Of a DNA stretch of 64,000 nt, positions 57,623 to 64,000 are shown piece after piece. Source of the DNA: the human T2T-CHM13v2.0 reference genome, Homo sapiens; NCBI RefSeq assembly GCF_009914755.1, contig NC_060925.1. The stretch is one strand, 5' to 3'. The stretch's first letter is position 1, and every line of letters begins with the position of its first letter. Both the position numbers and the translations under genes were made by a program. Under the pieces are notes generated by a model. That model was given only the letters and a program-made list of their open reading frames with translations, did no database searches and had not been told where the DNA came from.

Positions 57623-59624
57623 CTGAAAAAACAAGTGAAAAACAATAGACAATCACTAGTCAACAGACAATTCCATAACAATAATTTTAAAATTAAGAAA
57701 AATTATGGTTTAATTATTGTTCCAGGGATTCAAACAACTGTTTTTAGTAAACTATAAAAATGAAAAGCTAACGAAATATTGGAGTTAACAACACATTTGA
57801 AGGGCACTGACTTAACTTTACACCTCACATACAGGAATTAAAGACCACAGATTTGGTCAATGTTTCAGAGCGGACATTTATGTCTACGAAGTATGGATCT
57901 ATAAAGAAGGAAAGTACAACCTTTTAAATACATACAAAATACATTTTTCTAAAACTTTATTCATAGCCATCATTTTTACAAATCTGTTACTACTTATATT
58001 ATCCCCAACTTGTTCATGTGTGTCACTTTTGAAAGTTACATCATGAATTCAGGTCAATGGCTAATCTCCCTTTTACAACAAAACATTTTATAAAGCAAAA
58101 TGAGACAACATATATAACATTTTCATTAAATTATTTGCACTTACTATTAAGCAATTTAATGGATCTAGTATACAGTTACATTTAGCCAGCAATTTCTGCT
58201 TTGTTTTGTTAAAAGCAACAAATGCAAACATTACCATTAATTCCTTGTGGAAATTGCTCTGTAAAGTAGTTTTGCAATTATTTACTAAATATGCTGCATT
58301 CTAATGAATCTAAAAGAGTCATGGAAGAGGAATGAAGCTGTGTTTCTTTAAGAAAAATATCTAACGAACATTTTGAAAGCATAATCCTGACATGTGGAAG
58401 AGATCAATGGATGCAATTTAGAGAAAGGGTTGAGTAAGAGAAGAAATGAAGAAAGGTGGACAACACCCTATTTGATGGAGTAAACTGAGTAAGCCAGTGT
58501 TTAGGATAAAATGTTCTCTCCAGGTAACGTCATAATTTTTAAGCACAGCATCTCAGACAGACTAAGGGCCTTATTCTTTACTCCAACTCCAAAGAGAAAA
58601 TATTAGTAACAACTTAAACTAAAGGAAGAGAGCTTGGGAGATTTTGGAACAGAAAAGTTAGTTGTTGAATTTATTTATGAATCAAGTATAACACAAAATA
58701 GCCAAATACAAAAAATGTTATTTTTGACACCTAAAACCAGTTTCTTCTGAGTAAAATAGAGGAAAAAAATAGAAATAAAATAAACACTGGTATATATTTG
58801 TAGCTTTCTACTTAAAGAATGTTAGAGTTGTAGAAAATTATTGAGGGTTTACTGTTGATTGTGTTTTTCCCACAAGATCATAGGTTCCATGAGAACAGCA
58901 ATTTGTCCACACTGCTTGCCTGTGTTCCACAGAGCACACTACAGTTTTTGGAGCAGAGGACACTCAATTGGATTGATGGATGAATGAATGAATGAGTAGA
59001 TGGGTCAATGCTATCATACTCAGGTTTTTATTTTAAAATCTTCTACTGTTTCTATTTGTTTTTTCGTCTTTCATTGAGAGGAAAATTAAATATTCATGTA
59101 ATTATTTTCAAAGCAGAAAGGCATTTTAAGGAAATTTTTCTAATGTTTTTAAAGGTCACATGAAAAGAGATCTTTATCATTTGTTCCCTGTTGCATAACA
59201 GATCATCACTACCATCTGTTGACAGTTACTTGAGTTGCAAGAAAGTCAATAGTGAGTATGGCTCATCAATTCAACCTATTTTAATAATGGCAACTGTAAC
59301 ACATCATCATTGAATGATATATGTAATGAGCTTTATAAATAGTGGCAAGGGGTAAAAATGAATTCTGTTCTATCAGAAATGATCTTATGTTTCCAAAACT
59401 TTGGCCTACAACAGATCTGAAATAAAGATAATTAATAAAAAGATAAGAAATTCAAAATTTTATCACTAGGAGATCAAAGCATTTTTTTTTACATTTATCT
59501 CATGTTTCACAGCAATATCCTTGAAATTTAAGTAGAGATTTCATTCTATGCTTGAGCAAGGTAGGAATAATTCCTTAGTTATCTCTGAGTCCCACAACAT
59601 AAATTAGAGTCAAAGACATGTTTA

Positions 59625-59972
59625 CAGTCGGCCCTCCATATCTGTGGGTTCCACATCTGAGGATTCAATCAACTGTGCATTGAAAATATTTGGGAAAAAA
59701 ATAGAATGTTTATGTCTGTACTGAACGTGTACATACTTTTTTCTTTCCATTATTCCCTAAACAATATAGTATATCAAGTATATATACAGCATATACATTG
59801 TATTAGATATACCATAAGTAATCCAAAGATGATTTAAAGTATATGGAAGGATATGTGTAGATTATATGCAAATAATACACTATTTTCTATAACAGACTTA
59901 AGAGCATAGATGGATTTTGGTATCCATGGGGGATCCTGGAACCAAGCCCCCCTAGATGTGAAGGGATAACTT
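59625..59972. mobile_element. MER2 (Tigger-derived MITE)
   Basis: TA then cagtcggccctccatatctgtgggttccacatc…ggggatcctggaaccaagcccc…gagggata-like degenerate TIR, about 345 bp. Confidence 0.8.
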
Positions 59973-61045
59973 TATCATGAAGTTACTGAAGCTTAAGTAG
60001 GGTCCCTCACTTGCATGGGACTCTTTCAAAGCCCTGCGCCTAATTTCAAATCTATGAATTTTTCTTTTCTTAAAGAAGAGCTCTCAAATTGTATACACTT
60101 CAGGCCTCATAAAATTTGAATCTTCACTTGAGCACAGTGAATTGTACACAGGAGGTGCTGAATAAATGCTTCACAAATTAAATTGAAGTTCTTGAAGAAT
60201 GTGCTTTACCATATTTTAGGATGCAAAAAATGTACATAGAACAATTCACTTTAACACTCCACCTGTCACAAACTCGGTCCATAAGTAGTCAGGAAATGTT
60301 ACTCTGAGTTTAATAAGTAACTTTATGTTTCTTAAAATATTTAGCACCAACATCATAAGCCACCCTAGGGGCATTTATTTGTGAATTCAAAAGCACTCTT
60401 CTGCTCATGGGCATTTCTATTGTATATGCATTGTGTTATTATGTATCCTTAAACATTCATAATACTCATGTATACTTTTAAAAATAAGCTTTCTTTCCTT
60501 AATATTTGATTTATTTATTCTGTGAAGTCTTAAACCTGAATATCAACTGTTTTAATTATTTTATCATTTGTAATATCCAGCTAACCTCATTAAAAATCAA
60601 ACAATTCTTTGATACTCTATTCTAAAATAGAAAAAGGATTTTCTTTCATATTAAAAATCATCTCAGTCTCCTTTTGAAAATTAACTACCAAATTTCCTCC
60701 TGCTCATTTTGGAGACCTTCAAGTTTAACATGTTCCTAATTTCATTCCAGAAATAAAAAGAAAAAGCTGAGAGATCACACAGCTGGTTATGAGGTTACTA
60801 ACATCAATCAAAATAGAGACCATCTGTATATATTTTAATACCCAATATTTGGCTCATCAAATATCTACAAAAAGATCACTAAGAAAGTAGAATATGGACA
60901 ACATTTATAAATATAAGCAATGCTACAGTGGGTCAGAAATATTTCTTTCAGTAGCCCTAAGCACCAAGAATGACTATCACAACTGGAATATCAAATGGTT
61001 AGGATCATTTCCTTGTACATGTAGTAGACTCTAAGCACATGTAAT

Positions 61046-61086
61046 ATTCATATATAGTATGAATTTGATTCATACTATATATGAAT
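61046..61086. repeat. Perfect inverted repeat, 19-bp arms with a 3-nt loop
   Basis: attcatatatagtatgaat-ttg-attcatactatatatgaat. Confidence 0.95.
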
Positions 61087-62949
61087 TTACTGAAACTTTG
61101 TTAAATCTGGAGCTAAATACCTTTCCTAATTTCAACAATTCTTTTAAAATATAGCCATTATTTTAATTATTTAATCATTTTCTTAAGCTTAGAACTCAAA
61201 TCAAGGATTCAGTGAAAAAATCCACGTGCATGTTATTCATAATTTCTCAGAAAGGAATTCATTTATTTAGTTGCTCCTTATGAGGAAGACTATCATCCTC
61301 ATCATTGTAACTGTTCTTCTATGAACTCCTCAGAGCTCTTTTACATCTCTGCTGATAGATTTAACTTGGAATACAATAAAAATAAAACTCAGAAGCAAAT
61401 CTTCTGTTCTGTCTTTACCCAGCTTGGAAGGAGTGAAAGCATAAGTGAATGAAAAATGTATATTTACATCTGCAAACCAAATAACTGCTTGCCATTTCCT
61501 CTGAAGTGTTAAATGAATATTAATAGAAGGATTGTATTATTCCTTTCTTGTTTATAAAACGGGGGGGATTTTCTGTTATGTTCATGCACAGTTTTCTCAG
61601 ATTTTCCATGAGATTGCATCTTGATGGAGACTGTGGCATATGTCCCAGGAGCTCCATAGTTGAACAGAAAAAGAACTTGAAAAAGAATCCCAAAACATGC
61701 TTATTCACAGTCTATATTATTCTGCAATTGGAAGAGAAATTTGTTAAATGATATGGTGCCTGGAATTTTATGCAGTCTTTATAAAGAATGAAAACGTCCT
61801 TAATTCATACCAAACATTCAAGATTTATGTTAATTTTCTGCTTTAATTACTACTATGTTCAAATGAGCTTATTTAAAAAACAAAGACACTCTGAGGTAGC
61901 TTTATAACAAGAAACGGTTTTGAAATTGGAACTTTTAGTCAATTTAATGCTGTGCATGAAATGATTTTTTATACAGACTTAATGGTATTGTGACACACAA
62001 GTTCTTCAATAAGCCACAGCTTAAAATTGCAGAAACCGTCCCTCAGGGACACATCACTAGCAGATGCAGATTGCCAAGGTCAATTAAACTGATGTAGCTG
62101 TGCTGTCACATATGTAAAAGAGAAACCCACAAGCATATGACAAGTATATTTCTCAGTTTTTATAAAAAGATGTCAAGAATGTTATATTTTAGTACACAAA
62201 TATAAATTAATTCTCCATAAACAATAAAACAATACAACAGATATCATAATGAAGAAGGATTATTAGTATTCTTTGGAGAGTTTGATGTGTTATAAAACAA
62301 TGGGGGGAATAAAAACTTTCAACATTTACAATAAAATGATACCTTGAAAACATAGATGAATTCATCTATGTCCTTGTTGTTTAATTTTACATAACCTATC
62401 ACCCACTAGGACCAAATCACAATGAAACTAAAAGGTGTGCTGAGGCAGTAATCTCAGTAATTCAGCGCTGAAAGCAAAATCTCAGCAAGATCAAAATAAA
62501 TTCTAATTACAAGGCCAGGATATCAGAGTTCTGTTTAAATAGAATAACCTGGGGTAAGGAAGGGCCAGAACCAGAGAATGCCTCCAACTAAGAATATCAA
62601 GTCTGGATGGCTTGAGCTTTGTCTTCACATCTCCCTTCCACTTCTCAGTACTTTAATCAGTATGCTCTCCACAATGAAGATTCATTGTTTTCCTTCTGCC
62701 AGTCTCTCAGAAGATAACCTTGATTCTGTACCTTCCTGCTCCTCCAGGTCCTCAAACACTGTCTCTTACTCTTTTCAGTATATTGTATGTGTCATTTTCT
62801 CCTCTCCTCTCCAATTTGAAAAAAACTTTGTTTTTGACATGGTTATCTTTTCTCACTGCCATTCTTATATCTTCCTTTACCCAATTTCTCGGTCATATAC
62901 TTGGACTGCTTACTTGTCTCACCACCAAATTATTCCTTGAATGAAAGTA

Positions 62950-63935
62950 TGGTCTCCACGGTCACCAAATTCTGTGACCTTAGTCTTCAGCTCTTTTGCC
63001 TTTCTGTAGCATCCAACAGTTGAATGGCATTAATTTTGATCTTTTTTGATTTGCAGAATGCTCCTCTACCCTGGCTCTGCTTATCTTTAAACTGTCCTTC
63101 TTGGGCTCTAGCCCCTCTTCACCTCTTCATTTTCCTCTTCTCAGCTCTCAAATATTCAGTCCACTGCACTTTCTCTGTCAGAAATCATAGTCATTTAGGG
63201 CCTTCAATTTCATCTCTATAAAGATGGCCTCGAACTCTCCCTTGAGTTCTTCCTTTTATTCTGGAACTTCTGGATGCCTGTTTAAGATTATAACCTGTAT
63301 GCTCTAATGTCCCTTCCAAATCATCACATCCAAAACTCAGTTCACAAGCTTCCCCTGGGCCTTCCCACCTCATGATTTATTATTGGTGACCTTACTCTTT
63401 CATTTCCTCCACTCATTGTGAACACGTCTTACCTTTGCTTCACTCCTCAAAACTTCTATAGACTTGACTCCTTTCTCTTGCCCCCACTGTCAGGAGAAGG
63501 CCTTGTCCCACAATTCACAGAGAATATAAAAGCCATCACATGGGAACTCTCTTTTCTTCCCATCAGCAAAACTACAAACCTACTGGATCTATACCTTCGC
63601 TCTCTCTCTCTTCCTTTTTAATACCACTAAGGAACTCTCCCTACTATCAGAAGCCATTCTCTCCACATGGGCCCAAGAATCCTCTCCTCTGACCTGGTAG
63701 GAATTTTGCCCCTGACACTATATCCACTCTCTTCTCTATTACCAGCCACTCTCTACAAATTAGAGGTTTCCCATATGTAGGTACATACATGTACAGTAGT
63801 ACCTCCCAATTTAAAACCATTCCACATCTGCATTTGACTCCAAAGCTTCACTAAACCTCTTTTCACTGATATGATTAATTGGTTCCAGGTCGCCAAGTCC
63901 AGTGATTCTTCTCAGTGATCATCTTGCTTCAGAGC
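62950..63935 (+). mobile_element. Degenerate L2 fragments
   Basis: ccacggtcaccaa…tagcatccaacagttga…ttcacagagaatataaaagccatcacatgggaactc…gccaagtccagtg. Confidence 0.5.
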
Positions 63936-64000
63936 CTGAAATAGGGTGAGGTGAGTGAGGCAGACAAAGAACAAAATTTAAGGAGGTCCTTACTCTCAGG

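Larger units (their letters stand above)
57623..64000 (-). other. DPYD: DPYD intron 11 (3' part)
   Basis: Ends in a polypyrimidine tract plus cag before exon 12. Confidence 0.88.

Overview
AT-rich human (or great-ape) genomic DNA from inside the DPYD gene (dihydropyrimidine dehydrogenase, minus strand). Only two coding exons lie in the window: exon 12 (57438-57622, 185 nt) and exon 13 (23589-23804, 216 nt), both with canonical AG/GT boundaries. The rest is intronic. Intron 12 holds a 5'-truncated SEC63 processed pseudogene with TSD and poly(A), a twin-primed L1PA, and many Alu, L1M, L2, MIR, MaLR and DNA-transposon relics. I find no prokaryote-type system, no CRISPR array and no convincing new protein-coding gene. 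The most interesting unannotated-looking items are: an ancient LF-SINE copy (about 46196-46365); a perfect 19-bp AT-rich hairpin at 61046-61086, within about 10 bp of where I recall a pathogenic exon-12 deletion breakpoint (needs verifying); a three-unit tandem repeat with microsatellite spacers (33560-33890); several short dispersed direct duplications; and an inverted Alu pair just downstream of exon 12. Repeat subfamily names and exon/cDNA numbering come from recognition and memory, not from a database search.
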